Shown: positions 1 through 11,670, numbered from the whole stretch's first letter. The stretch is 63,454 nt of DNA, filler included, from Phoronis australis (GCA_002633005.1; 8 parts of 8 records of this genome joined end to end with filler, not necessarily neighbours in it), one strand, 5' to 3'. The notes: generated from the letters alone by a model not told the origin. A program made the numbers and translations.

Positions 1-452
1 CACACATTGTAATGAATACTAGGAAGCCTCTGAAGGCTCACAGTGGGGGCTCTTTTTTCAAAGCAGGAAGAAATATACAATGTATATACAAAGTATATGC
101 ATTGTTGCTATTTTGGCACTTGATTGACAGCATTGTAAAAGTCTTGGTCTACACAGTTTTTTTTAGTAAAAATGTTCACCATAGAAGGCTGTTTTATAAA
201 CTTAGATGTAAAAACCTTGATCTGTGCATTTTTTGTAAAAAAAATCTGTGTGTTTGGGGGTATTGCTGGGGGTGGGGGGTTACGCGTCGGAATCATGGAC
301 GCCCTGGAATATTGGGAACCCCATTTTGGACACCCTATTTTCAAAATCCTGGATAAAGGCCTGGGTCCACAACGTCAAAATTTCGAGACCCCCATATTAA
401 ATGCTGGGTGCAAGCATGTTACTGATGTTGTAAATTGTGGCTATTAAGGTTC

Positions 453-537
453 GTAGTTGTGGCCGAGCGGTTAAGGCTATAGATTGGAAATCCATTGGGG
501 TTTCCTTACGCAGGTTCGAATCCTGCCAACTACACCA
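453..537 (+). tRNA. tRNA-Ser-derived copy (anticodon reads GGA) with genomic CCA; probably a retroposed pseudogene
   Basis: Acceptor stem GTAGTTG (453-459)/CAACTAC (527-533); A box TGGCCGAGCGG; B box GGTTCGAATCC; long variable arm; otherwise close to the eukaryotic tRNA-Ser(AGA) consensus. Anticodon 486-488 is GGA, the anticodon stem has an A:C mismatch, the discriminator is A, and CCA lies at 535-537. Confidence 0.85.
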
Positions 538-644
538 AATGTTGTAATTTGTGGCTAATTAGATTCGACGGTGCTACTCGCGCTTGTCTATTTCTTGTCT
601 TCTTCTAACTTTGACACAAGCACACTGAACAGACGTCCTTCGCA

Positions 645-664
645 AGAGAGAGAGAGAGAGAGAG
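645..664. repeat. (GA)n microsatellite
   Basis: Uninterrupted AG run. Confidence 0.9.
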
Positions 665-1168
665 CAGGTCCAGCAGTTCCCCAGTCACATGATGTAATCT
701 ATGAACTACATCCGGTTTGGTGATGCCCGGGGCCGGGTTTTTTATTGGATACCCCTGTCTCTATTCAAATGTGTGGACCCTAGTACAAAGAAAAGTAATA
801 AAGATGAAACGAAATTAGTAGCTTATTCACTTTAAATACAAATCAGTCTCAATTTCAAAAGGTTTATTCATTGTGAAATAGTCCCCGTATATAGATGGCC
901 ATTGTCGGATCCCTCCTCTGCATGCTTCTGCTACTCACATTGATGTAACTTCCATCCTTGGACTATCATACAGATTCACAACACGCCTCTCCACCTTAAG
1001 GGAACAGGAGGTGGTGCCACGCGTGATACATCTCCTATCTACGTAATTGTACGCAAAGATTCACAACACACCTCACAACCCAAAGGGTGCAATCCACCGT
1101 TACACCTTTCAACCTTAACGGAACAGCTCTGCAGAATTTCATTTGTAGCTGAGTTTTCTTGGTTTTAG

Positions 1169-1277
1169 ATTCGAAGGCAAGCCAGACAGAGGAGGGAGTA
1201 TATCTACAGAAAGTCAATAGAGGACCGAGACAGAACTCTGCATGAAAAGAAGCAAAAAATAAAGAAGTCTTTAGATG
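1169..1277 (+). CDS. IMP4: IMP4 coding exon (IRRQARQRREYIYRKS...KKSLD)
   Basis: ttttag acceptor and gtaaaa donor. Translation matches the IMP4 N-terminus (LRR.AR.RREY.YRK). No ATG|GT exon seen in 1-1168, so the start codon is probably upstream of the window. Confidence 0.9.
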
Positions 1278-1878
1278 GTAAAACTGTGTGTCTGCACCAA
1301 CTGCAGAGCCCTCAATTTTGAAGCTGAATATTGGCCCAGGAAAAATAATTAATACTTGTGCGATATTCCCCCTATCAAACCCAAAGTTTCATTCCAATGA
1401 TTAAAAAAATTGCTTGAGTTTCAAATCACTGTTTCACGTATTGTGTCGAACAGCTGTGAGATTTTACGATAGCATGTAGTTTAAGCAAAATTCTTGGAAT
1501 ATCCCTGTTTTGTATTGTAACTTGATGCTTTCTGGTTCATCTATACATGCACTTAAGTTTGTTTGTAGTGAAAAGCAGTTGCTAAAATTGCCATTCTTCA
1601 AAGATTTTCTTAGACTTACAACTTTTGCTCATGCTCAAAATCAATTCAGTATTGTTTGTGACTGCTGTGTCAAACATTTCTTGCTAAAAGCAAATTTTTC
1701 TTAGTAATTCTGCATGGCTGATTTATGTGATGTCCAAATTGAAGACATTTTGCCCTACTCTATGTTTAATGTCTCTTAGTAACATGAAGCCAAGTTGAAA
1801 ATCTCACTAAAAGTTGTGATGTCACTTTGTAAGTGTTCCTACTCATACGCTAATTTCTGACTGCATTCTTGTCTTCAG

Positions 1879-1962
1879 AAAACAAGACAATACCCACAGA
1901 CCTGCGTCAAGATGCTCTGCAGATTCAGAAGACGTTAGACTGGGAAGATGATGGTGGTGATG
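1879..1962 (+). CDS. IMP4: IMP4 coding exon (ENKTIPTDLRQDALQIQKTLDWEDDGGDG), GC donor
   Basis: ttcag acceptor; frame continuous with flanking exons; best-fitting donor is G|GCAAGT. Confidence 0.85.
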
Positions 1963-2261
1963 GCAAGTGGAGACAATGTCGTGATAATCCGTTGCAAAAC
2001 TTTTGTGTCTCATCAGTCTGTACAAGCAATTGTGATGCTAATTTAAACTAAAAGAAATCTTTCTTTAGATCTTCAATTATTAAATTATGGTAACTTATTT
2101 TTATGGTTTTCTGTTGGATTGCTGCTGTTGTGCTGACCATTTCTTTTGCACTGTGGGGTGCTTTACAAATCTGTCTAAGACTTGGATCCAATATTGTAAC
2201 TGTCGTTGTTTTTGAACAAAGCTTGTGCTAGTCTTTCATTCTCTCTTTAATGTTTATCTAG

Positions 2262-2374
2262 GTCTGACCACCAGTAGTGTTGATGATGAATACAGGTGGG
2301 CTGGGGTAGAAGATCCCAAGATTATGTTGACCACATCCAGGGACCCCAGCTCTAAACTTAAACAGTTCGCTAAG
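2262..2374 (+). CDS. IMP4: IMP4 coding exon (LTTSSVDDEYRWAGVEDPKIMLTTSRDPSSKLKQFAK)
   Basis: Conserved IMP4 motif DDEYRWAGVEDPK..TTSRDPSS; tctag/gtagca boundaries. Confidence 0.95.
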
Positions 2375-2685
2375 GTAGCAAACTTCTCTTCTTTGAAAAA
2401 CTGCAATCATGCATTACCTAGGTACCTTCGGAGGAGCATGCCCTCAGCACCCAGCCTTTAAAATATGGTGGGCTCGAATTTCGGTCGACGTGGACTTTTT
2501 ACCGACAAAATAGCCCAAGGACTAAAAAAAACCAGAGTACCACCATTTTGTCCACCTCGCCAAATGGGGGGGTTCGTTCAAGCCCCCCAGGCCCCTTCTG
2601 GGTGCGCGCATGCTATACAACTATAAATTACCTATGTACCTTAAGTTTGTAGGAGCATGTCCTCAGTGAAAGACTATACAATTAT

Positions 2686-2801
2686 CAGCACTCGACTCTT
2701 AGCTTAAAGCCAGCCGCATTTGGCGACCTGGCAAAAACCCAGTTCGCCAAACACAATCTTAGGTCACACTGGCGACCTGCAGGTTGCCAAATCAAGCGCT
2801 G
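2686..2801. mobile_element. Small MITE, CAG-ended, approx. 5-bp TSD
   Basis: Imperfect TIR CAGCACTCGA/TCAAGCGCTG; flanks ATTAT/ATTGT; internal GCGACCT motifs shared with the element at 11939-14130. Confidence 0.55.
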
Positions 2802-2957
2802 ATTGTACATTACCACCTATGTACCTTTGAAGTAACTTGTGTTGTCCCCTCAGTGAGAGACTATACAAATATACTTACCTATGTACCTTTATAGGGACAT
2901 GCGTAGTCCCTTCAGTGAGAGACTTAAACAAGTATGCATTACCTAGGTAGCTTTGTA

Positions 2958-3210
2958 TATTGCTTGGAATTTTCCTCTTTGAAGAGGATTTCCTCTTTTT
3001 TGGTTTCGATTTCCTCTTACTTGATTTCCAGTTTCCTCTTTTTGTCTCTTTTTTTATCATTATTTTGACTTTGTTCATGCAAATACGTTTATTTCAGTTA
3101 AATTTTACAACACAAAAGATATTTCTATCACACAAGCCTAATTATTTGTGGAACGATACATCACCTGGAAACTTTTCCTCTTTTTTTGTCATTGGTCATT
3201 CCAAGCCCTG
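2958..3210. mobile_element. MITE with 6-bp TSD (TTTGTA), same termini as 4806-5306
   Basis: Left tattGCTTGGAAT (decayed), right ATTCCAAGCCCTG; TTTGTA at 2952-2957 and 3211-3216. Confidence 0.7.
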
Positions 3211-3390
3211 TTTGTAGGAGCATGCAAAGTCCCCTCAAAAATGCTGTATGTTTTGAATGTCAAAGTTGTGGTCCTAGTAAACAGTTGAATTAACATTCGA
3301 GTTGATTATTATAAAAAAATGTCCGGAAGAATATGTATAGTTTCTACAGCAGTTTTCATCGGTCACAGATGTAGTTTCACAGTAGAGTTT

Positions 3391-3629
3391 TACATTACGA
3401 TATTTACATTATGATATTTACACTATGATATTTACATTATGTTATTTACATCATGATATTTACATCATGATATTTACATTATGATATTTACATCATGATA
3501 TTTACATTATGATATTTACATCATGATATTTACATTATGATATTTACATCATGATATTTACATTATGATATTTACATCATGATATTTACATTATGATATT
3601 TACATTATGATATTTACATTATGATATTT
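3391..3629. repeat. 14-bp minisatellite (ACATYATGATATTT)n abutting the IMP4 acceptor
   Basis: About 17 tandem units running directly into ...gatatttgcag at 3633. Confidence 0.95.
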
Positions 3630-3633
3630 GCAG

Positions 3634-3921
3634 GAGATGCGGCTGGTTTTCCCGAATTCTCAGCGAATCAATCGCGGCAACTACGAGATGAACCAACTGG
3701 TTCAGGCGTGTCGAGCCAATGACGTTACAGACCTGATCATTGTACACGAGCATCGTGGTGTGCCCGACGGGCTGGTCGTGTGTCACCTACCTTACGGTCC
3801 CACTGCCTACTTCACCCTGTCCAATGTGGTGATGAGACATGATATTCCCGATGTTGGCACCATGTCGGAAGCCTACCCACATCTCATATTCCATCAGTTC
3901 AGCTCAAAACTTGGCACAAGG
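3634..3921 (+). CDS. IMP4: IMP4 coding exon, Brix domain core
   Basis: EMRLVFPNSQRINRG...HEHRGVPDGLVVCHLPYGPTAYFTLSNVVMRHDI...FSSKLGTR; gcag/gtgagt boundaries. Confidence 0.97.
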
Positions 3922-4805
3922 GTGAGTAGTCTTTGGTTCAGCCCTGTGCAGTGATTGTATTCTTGTTATGTAATATTTGCCTTGTGATCAGTGGCCTTAT
4001 ACGGAATTGTGTGCTAAATTGCTAGATAGGTCTACTTCGTAGGTAGTCACTACTTTTTCATTGTTTACTTAGCCTGTTTTGTACGTATTTCACAGATATT
4101 TCTGGTCATTTATTGTTACCTCTTGAAGGTTTTAGGAATTTTCATTCACAGACATCTTTGGAGACATTTCCTTCATATTTTTTTATTTTTTCAATATGGA
4201 CACAGTGTTGTCATACTGCTTGTTGAAAACACTACAGCCAATCTTCTTAAACGACACGTCATCCGTAGTCATAAACATAGTGCCATGTGTTTCACAGACC
4301 TGTTAAACTCACTTTACAGACTCACAAACATGGCCCATCAACCACCAAACAGTTTATCGACTGTCCAATTCAGTGCAGGGCGCACATAACATGTCATGCG
4401 CCTACAAAAAGGTCTTACCCAGACTCTCAATAGTGTCATACCCTGTCCCCATATGCATCTTCCATGTAAGTGGATCACATTTGTGCGTCCGGGCATGAAT
4501 TTTTTGCGTGCTGGACTTACATAACACGGTTTACATGCCCTAAAAGGTCTTGCATCTTGCACGGGTTGCAAACATGACTCACAGACTTGAGCCCATCTAC
4601 CATGTTGAGTGGTCGGTCGGTCATGTTTGTGAGTTGGGGCACAAGTTTTTCAGGGTGCCTAAGCTGTGTTTTCTGAGTCCAGCACTGTGTCTGATGGTTG
4701 GTGAGCCGTGTTTGGGAGAGGTTTCATCAGTTCTGTTTACCATGTTTGTAAGTATGGGAACTATGCTGTTCAATGTGGCAGCTGTGTTGTTTAGGTAGCC
4801 TGTAT

Positions 4806-5306
4806 CAGGGCTTGGAATTTTCCGCGGAAACGCAGATTTCCGCTTTTTTCAAATGTTCTGTTCGTGTATTTTATTATTATATTTCCGCGTAAAAAAATCG
4901 GATTCGATATAAAATTTCCACGGCAAATTTCTTTCTTACCGCGGCGTTGCCGACGACTTTCACCTCGAAAAGCGGAAGTTGCTCTTTATGTTTCGGAGGA
5001 ACGTAAATTGTCAACATTGTCAGGGCACCTGGGATAGCGTGGTGGATTTCTTCAATGGCGTCTTTTGAGATTGTAAATCGTGGTGACAAATACTACGACT
5101 CTGCAGGCAAAAATGTGTGGAGGTGGGAGTGGACAGACAAGCTAAAAAGACGCAGACGCACGCTTCTGGAGGTGGTATCTTTTTTTTTTTAATCCTCCCA
5201 ATTTTTGTCGGCAAAAGGTCCACATCGATATTTTCAAGGCTGGGTGCGCGCATGTTGGGGCCGTAAAAATTTCTGCTTTTTTTGTCATGGGTCATTCCAA
5301 GCCCTG
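4806..5306. mobile_element. Non-autonomous DNA transposon (hAT-like termini), 13-bp TIR, 6-bp TSD
   Basis: CAGGGCTTGGAAT...ATTCCAAGCCCTG; CTGTAT duplicated at 4800-4805 and 5307-5312. Confidence 0.85.
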
Positions 5307-5353
5307 CTGTATGCAAGTGTACTATTATAATTAATATCAATATTAACGATAAT

Positions 5354-5357
5354 GTTG

Positions 5358-5398
<41 letters not shown>
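5354..5398. repeat. (TTG)n(TTA)n microsatellite just upstream of the IMP4 acceptor
   Basis: Direct reading; ends 8 nt before the exon start at 5407. Confidence 0.9.
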
Positions 5399-5406
5399 TA
5401 CGGCAG

Positions 5407-5575
5407 GTAATGAACATACTGAAGTATCTGTTTCCTGTGCCAAAAGAGGATAGTAAGCGAGTGATGACCTTTGCAAACGACAACGACTTCATCTCATTTA
5501 GGCATCATGTTTACAAGACAAATGAGCAGAGACAGATTGAACTGGAGGAGGTCGGGCCTCGCTTTGAGATGCAGT
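5407..5575 (+). CDS. IMP4: IMP4 coding exon ([13 protein letters not shown]...[12 protein letters not shown])
   Basis: Brix C-terminal motif L.EVGPRFEM; gcag/gtgagt boundaries. Confidence 0.95.
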
Positions 5576-5979
5576 GTGAGTCATGTCAGATTTGTTTCAA
5601 CACAACAATGTCAACTTGTGACCAGCATTTCTGTCTCCAGTGTTTTCACTTGTCTGCTGGGTTAGTCGCAACGTCAGTCATTACGAAAGTGTTTGAATGT
5701 TTCAGTTAAAAACGTTTGGTTGTCCCATCATTTTTAAATGATTTGAAAAAGCAATCAGTTAAGCATTCAATTTTGTGGTTTGCATCACCACTATATGGTA
5801 TCAAAAGCAGAAAGCCTCATCCTTTTCCTCACTTGTTTTGTACATTTTAATAATGTCAATGATTGCGAAAGCTCCCTTACTTCATTTGATGCTCGAACTG
5901 TTGTCACCTTGGCATTTTATGGACACCAATTTGGACCACCTAAAATTACTACCAATGGGATTAATTTTTGCTTTTTCAG

Positions 5980-6089
5980 TATACCAGATCATCTTGGGCA
6001 CGCTAGACAACACAGGCAGTGCTGATGTGGAATGGGTGTACCGTCCATATATGAATACAACAAGGAAAAGAAAGTTCTTGTCTCAGTGA
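5980..6089 (+). CDS. IMP4: IMP4 last coding exon (YQIILGTLDN...RPYMNTTRKRKFLSQ*)
   Basis: ttttcag acceptor, TGA at 6087-6089. The six exons plus an ATG sum to 291 codons and a stop, which is typical IMP4 length. Confidence 0.95.
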
Positions 6090-9000
6090 CACTGTACTAG
6101 AGATTGTCCTTTTTTGTCAAATACCAAGTAGAGGGCGCTGTTTAGCAGTGGAGATTTTCTTGAAGTGCCCTTTTTTGTCAACTGAGTGGTACTGATGGAT
6201 TTGATTAGTGGAACTACTTTCTTATTCCAACAATGGTAGTGACTCCTGGTTCTTAACCACTGACAAAAATATCGCATAAGCTTAGTTTCACAGGTAAGGT
6301 GTTATGGACAATTGCCACTAAGTGGAGCTGGTGAACAGTGTGCTCTCCTATGTGAATACAGTGAGGAAGAAAGATGAAAAACCATGTTTGTTGTAAGGAA
6401 AGCAAGACCTCTCAAAATCACACGGCCGAAAGATGAAACATGAGTGTTTCGTGAGTGTGCTCGGGACCTTACAATTGTGGATTGGATTCTCTACTTGTGT
6501 TCCATAAGTGTAGATTTTTCACCCCCAGTGCATGCTAATGCCTTGTGATGAGGGAGCCATGGTCATTTGTGTGTGTGGGGAATATGTCTTTTATGTGACA
6601 CTGTATGTTTGCAGTTATCATGCAGATGAACCATTGGCTCGCTGCACGACAGCAACAGGGACAAGCCAATATGCAGGCTATACGTGATACTCGTCAACCT
6701 AGCTCTCTAAGTCTTTGCAACTTACAAAATCACAACTACCCGCCATGGGCATATATGCTGTAAACTGATCAACGACTTCCATTGATGACATCACGTGGCG
6801 GGAAACCAAAAATCATTAAATTTTCTTATAAATTCAAAATTCCTCAATTAGGCCTATTTCCCGATATAAGTGTTTCTTTAGTTAGATATTAATCATCATA
6901 CACGGCCTACAACCACAAAAAGTGCAAAAAATCCTCAAATCCTATGGCTTGCAAGGTGTCGACTTGTTGAACCTATGACATGTGACGACTAAATGAACTT
7001 ATTAATAAAATAATACACACCGGCATTCAGTTTCATGAATTTTTGATTCCATAAAAAGAAATAATTTGTTGTAACAAACTCATAAAATGCAACGAATTGT
7101 CGTATTGTAAAACGCAACATATTTGATGGATTCACAAATACTATAAATAAATGAATTTGTAAAATGCAAATAATTGTGATCAAACATTAACTGCAGTCTG
7201 TGTTCGGCCCAGGTATGGCCGTTCAAGAAGTAAAAGTTAATTCAAGAGTAATTATCAGACTTAAAAATAATGTTTTATTTCTAAAAATGAAGATTGTTTC
7301 CAAAATGCGAAAAAAGAAAGTGTTAGTAGCAACATAAAAAATTAAATGAACCAAAGAGGCTCCATGGCTAGTTACAGGTGCAATGATTCAAAAGATTTCT
7401 ACTCTGTAAGACTGAAGATTTTAGAATATATATTCCTCACTACAGTCACGTGGAAGAATTTAACGGGGCATTCATCCAAAATTATACACCTTTATATATT
7501 AATTGGACCTTTGGTGCCGTTTAATACGGTAAAAATTCAGAATGCAGAGATATGAACAAAAATGATAAACTAATTATCCGAAATTTGCAGGTACATGTTT
7601 TCTGATAGATAAAAATTGGTAAACATTTATTGTCGGGTTTTGGAATGTCTGCCTTCTGTGGATAGCTCAATAGGTTGGATGTAATGTAGGACTTTCCATA
7701 GAAGTTTCGAAATAAAACTAATTTCTTCAGAAAGTATGAACTAGTGATCCTGATATATGTAGTATATGTTGCTGTAAACAAGAGACTTTGGAACACATTT
7801 TACCTTTGTTGCTAAAGAAAGTTGATTTTAGAAAGTAACATTGTTCATAACGAAGAGGCAATGTTATTTTGAACACCTATCGCATAGTTTAAACTACATT
7901 CAACATTCGAGAAGAAAGAAACGGGACTACTGGATTGAAAGGAAGGACTTTCAGATAAAAAGCGGGATATCTGGGTCTAAGCCAGAAAGCAAGGGTGAGA
8001 TATTCACTGCAACACATGAAAACGTCCCGACAACGTTTTTTATCGAAGGAGAGAGGTAACTCTCAAAAGTCATCGACGGTGTTTTCTGTTTTTTTTTTTA
8101 GTCGAATGAGAAATTGCGGGTGCCGCAAAAACCCATGAAAAGTCCCGTTTTTTTTCTTTTTAATCGAACGGGAAAATAGGGGTATGTCCTGTGGGAAATT
8201 GAAGTAGTATTTTCATGATAATATGTCAATTTCGCCATGTGTCAAAACGCGGGACAAATTGATGGTGTGGCGGGTGGCGGGAAAAAACAAAAAGTTGGAT
8301 AGTCCGCCAAGATCGGGTCACGGCAATTGGCAAGTACACTGCATGCTGCAAGCAACACAATTGTATTGGATTATCTTACAAGAATTAACACAAACGACAT
8401 CTGGGCAACAGGTAAACATTGCACAAACGAATTATTATAGAAACACTTGAAAGAAAACAATAACAATACATGCTACGCACACATTTAGTTACAAATATGA
8501 GTACTATGTTTTTCGGAAGTTATGTAAACACAGATCTATGTTCGTCGGGCCTAAAGTTTTTAGAACAACTATAAAAACATTCAGAAACCAAATGTCACTT
8601 CTGTCCGTAAAATACTGTAACACGATTTTAACACTCAAAATTGTATTGCTGAAAAACTGGCATGTTGCCGATAGGCTGTCAAAGAGATTCTAAGACTTTG
8701 AGTTGAAAAGATGGCCAGAGGCCAGACGCGGATTCCCAATGCTGGGGCCACAGGTTGGTGCATGTCGAGAAATCGCTGGTTTCTTGGAACCGTACTTCAA
8801 GAGTTTCGTTAGGAAATTAGGCTTGGTTTGATATCAGATAGCCGCGGGAAATTTGCTGCAGAGTGAATTCTCGCGGTTAAGTCTCGGGGGTCGCAAGCTA
8901 ATAGAAACGTAGGTCAATGACGTACGGGNCCGGCACCAGACTCAGTGCATCTTGTAGTTTTTATAAGTAGCCCCACCTCATATCAGAAGTGATTGTCAAA

Positions 9001-10725
9001 AATACAGAATGGTACTGGTGGTAAATCAAGCCAGTGGCGCGAGCTGATCCCAAGCATTTTATGGCCGGGCCCAAGGCAGAGAGTAGGCCTTTGGCACTAG
9101 GGGGCCTAATAAAAATAAGGTGCCGGGTTTGACGAAAGTATATTCTGCGAAGCTGCGTGTCCACTTTTGGACAAGTTACATGCTCATTTTTGTAATATTC
9201 AAATATAAGGCTATTTTACCCGAAAGTGCCACAGCTGGGTCACGGCATGCCCCGGCGCCGCCCCGGCGACATCCCGTTGCTCCCAACTTGTTCGATTCTA
9301 TAGCCAACAACAAGTTGGGAAGTTTACTCCCGTAGCCAATATCTTGCACGACTGATTAACTCCATTCTGGCATTTAGGGTTGGAGGGCCTGCGCTCTTTT
9401 GTTCGATAATTGCTCTAATCTCCCGCGATCAGATCATTGTATCTCAGTCATAGCCTGACAGCTGGGATGGGTTGATAAAAATGAAAGTTAAGTTGTAACA
9501 TATTTAAGCTTAAACCAATAGCATTTCTGAATTCCTCGCCAAATGCTGAACATGTTCCGTTTTTGAATCACCAAAATCGCCCAACTAGTACATCACTCAG
9601 AATTTAAGACAATCTATTCGGTCCAAACGGAACGCACTGGGCCGGTTTGCTGAGGGACTGTGTTCTGAATACGCGTTCGGTAATAGCGTGCAACCACCAT
9701 ACGTTTCTTTTGAAGCCTGGGAGACAAATGACTGAGTTGGGCAGTTAACAAAAGAGTCAGATGTTATCGCACGTTCAGCACCCCTCACGTCTGGAAAAGT
9801 TACTGAACGACAGAACGCTGTAGGCCTATAATGGGATGATGTGGTTATTTCACTTTTTCAGTACTTTCATGAGAGTGTATTGTAACAGTTAGAGATATTA
9901 GCCTTAGGAAGGGCTTTTAATGTTGTCAAAATATGGATAGTGGAATTTTGAGGTGTTGTTTTGTCAAATAAACAGACTAATGTAACAAACAAGGCATAGA
10001 CCCGCCTGTCTGGCTGTTTCTGATGGACACCAAGTTTTCGTTCAGCCATTGCGTATGAGGGCGCTGCGAAGTAATGTAACAATTGAGGGCGCAACTTGTT
10101 TCCGGTATTTGCGAGGGTTGCGAAAGTTCGCGTGAGGTAAAACTAAAACGCAGTGGAGTCAGTGGATTATTAATTTTATAATGTAAGAGTAACAAAATCT
10201 TCAATTGTATGCCATGTTCAATATTCTGGATCCGCGGCGTAGGAATAAGCCTAACGCAAGGTTGTCTTTCATTACATTATGGTAAGCTCACAGGCGCTAG
10301 CCTAGGCCCTGCTAGGCCTTTGCTAGGGCCTAGGGGCAGGCTAGGGCCAGGCTTGAGTCGATAATCCCATGGCCTGCATGGCCATGGCGATGACTCAAGG
10401 AGAATGCCACCTGATTTAAATAGTCTTTTTTTACCGTCTTTATCGGTCCAGCTTATTGTTTACAATCCGAATCTATTCACATACCTGTTAATTTCTTTTT
10501 TGTCAAAAACATGTCAAGTGGTGACGGGTGACTGGTGGGTGATCACTCCATTATTTTTGCCTCAGTTTTCTGTGCACAAGATAGGATGACCATCCTTTCA
10601 AAGAGTCACAATCATGCTACAACTACTGTTCTAGCTTTCTGTCTTGGTATTGGAATTTACCTGCCCTCCTAGGAATGGTAAGTTGAGTAAAAGAAACTGC
10701 ACTGTTTTTTTTTTCTTTCAGCTAG

Positions 10726-11670
10726 ATGTCTTTCCCACACCACACTGGGCCAGGCATGGTGCCCACCAGCCTCACTGGGCCAGGCATGGTGCCCACAAGC
10801 CACACTGGGCCAGGCATGGTGCCCACCAGCCACACTGGGCCAGGCATGGTGCCCACCAGCCACACTGGGCTAGGCATGGCTCCCACCAGTCATAATGGGC
10901 CAGGCATGGTGCGTCCTTCAAGTCAATTCTACCCATCTCCGCAGCATCCAATAACACAACATAGACAAGGGACATCCATAAGGCCACATTTTGCCTTTCC
11001 TCTCAAACCCCCCTTGTCAACCCCCCCTAGCAGACCCCAGTCCTCCTTTTCTCATACCGGCTACTCCCCCCATCACCCAACACCAGTACATTTGCCTCGT
11101 CCACCACTTGATAGCTCCCCCAGACTACTGCCCTCNNNNNNNNNNNNNNNNNNNNNNNNNNNNNNNNNNNNNNNNNNNNNNNNNNNNNNNNNNNNNNNNN
11201 NNNNNNNNNNNNNNNNNNNNNNNNNNNNNNNNTCTCTCCCTCCCCCACCCTACTTTTCACAACCCCCTCTTCCTCCAAAGTTTGATCCACCGCCACAAAG
11301 CACACACTCGTCAATTCGACTACCTCCTCCTTTCTGTCCCATCCCTGATATCAGCATTCCTCCCCCTTTGGGACAGTTTAAGGACTTGCCCAACCCACAG
11401 TCTATCAGTCAAATCAGTGGTACTGGTCATCAAATGAACAACATGGTTGGGAATCATGATGGCAACCAGTTATCTGGCCATCAGCAGTATGGTACTTTGT
11501 CAACTGAGACCCAATCTATGTTTGTCAATAACCAAAGTGGTCAGGAGGTTCAACGTGTCCAAGAAAACTCTGATGACAGACAACTGGCAGAAGACAACAA
11601 GTGGGTATCTGACTGGTTGTTCCAAAAGAATCGTGAAAAGCCTCAACTGAGAACAAAAATGAACATTCGG
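10726..11670 (+). CDS. Proline-rich N-terminal coding exon, possibly PDCD7 (U11/U12 59K)-like; downstream exons not seen
   Basis: Strong polypyrimidine tract and AG at 10721/10725; long Pro/Ser/His-rich ORF spanning a gap; ends DRQLAEDNKWVSDWL...NIR|gtaaga. A Pro-rich leader followed by D..W recalls PDCD7, but this is weak. Confidence 0.5.
10742..10912 (+). repeat. 30-bp coding tandem repeat (HTGPGMVPTS)x~6
   Basis: cacactgggccaggcatggtgcccaccagc units. Confidence 0.95.

Noticed and set aside
6545-6770. C-box GTGATGA downstream of IMP4 as a snoRNA
   Set aside because: No D box at a suitable distance and no terminal stem.
9370-9385. AACCCTAA on the minus strand as a telomerase RNA template
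   Set aside because: No pseudoknot U/A tracts or H/ACA domain recognisable downstream.
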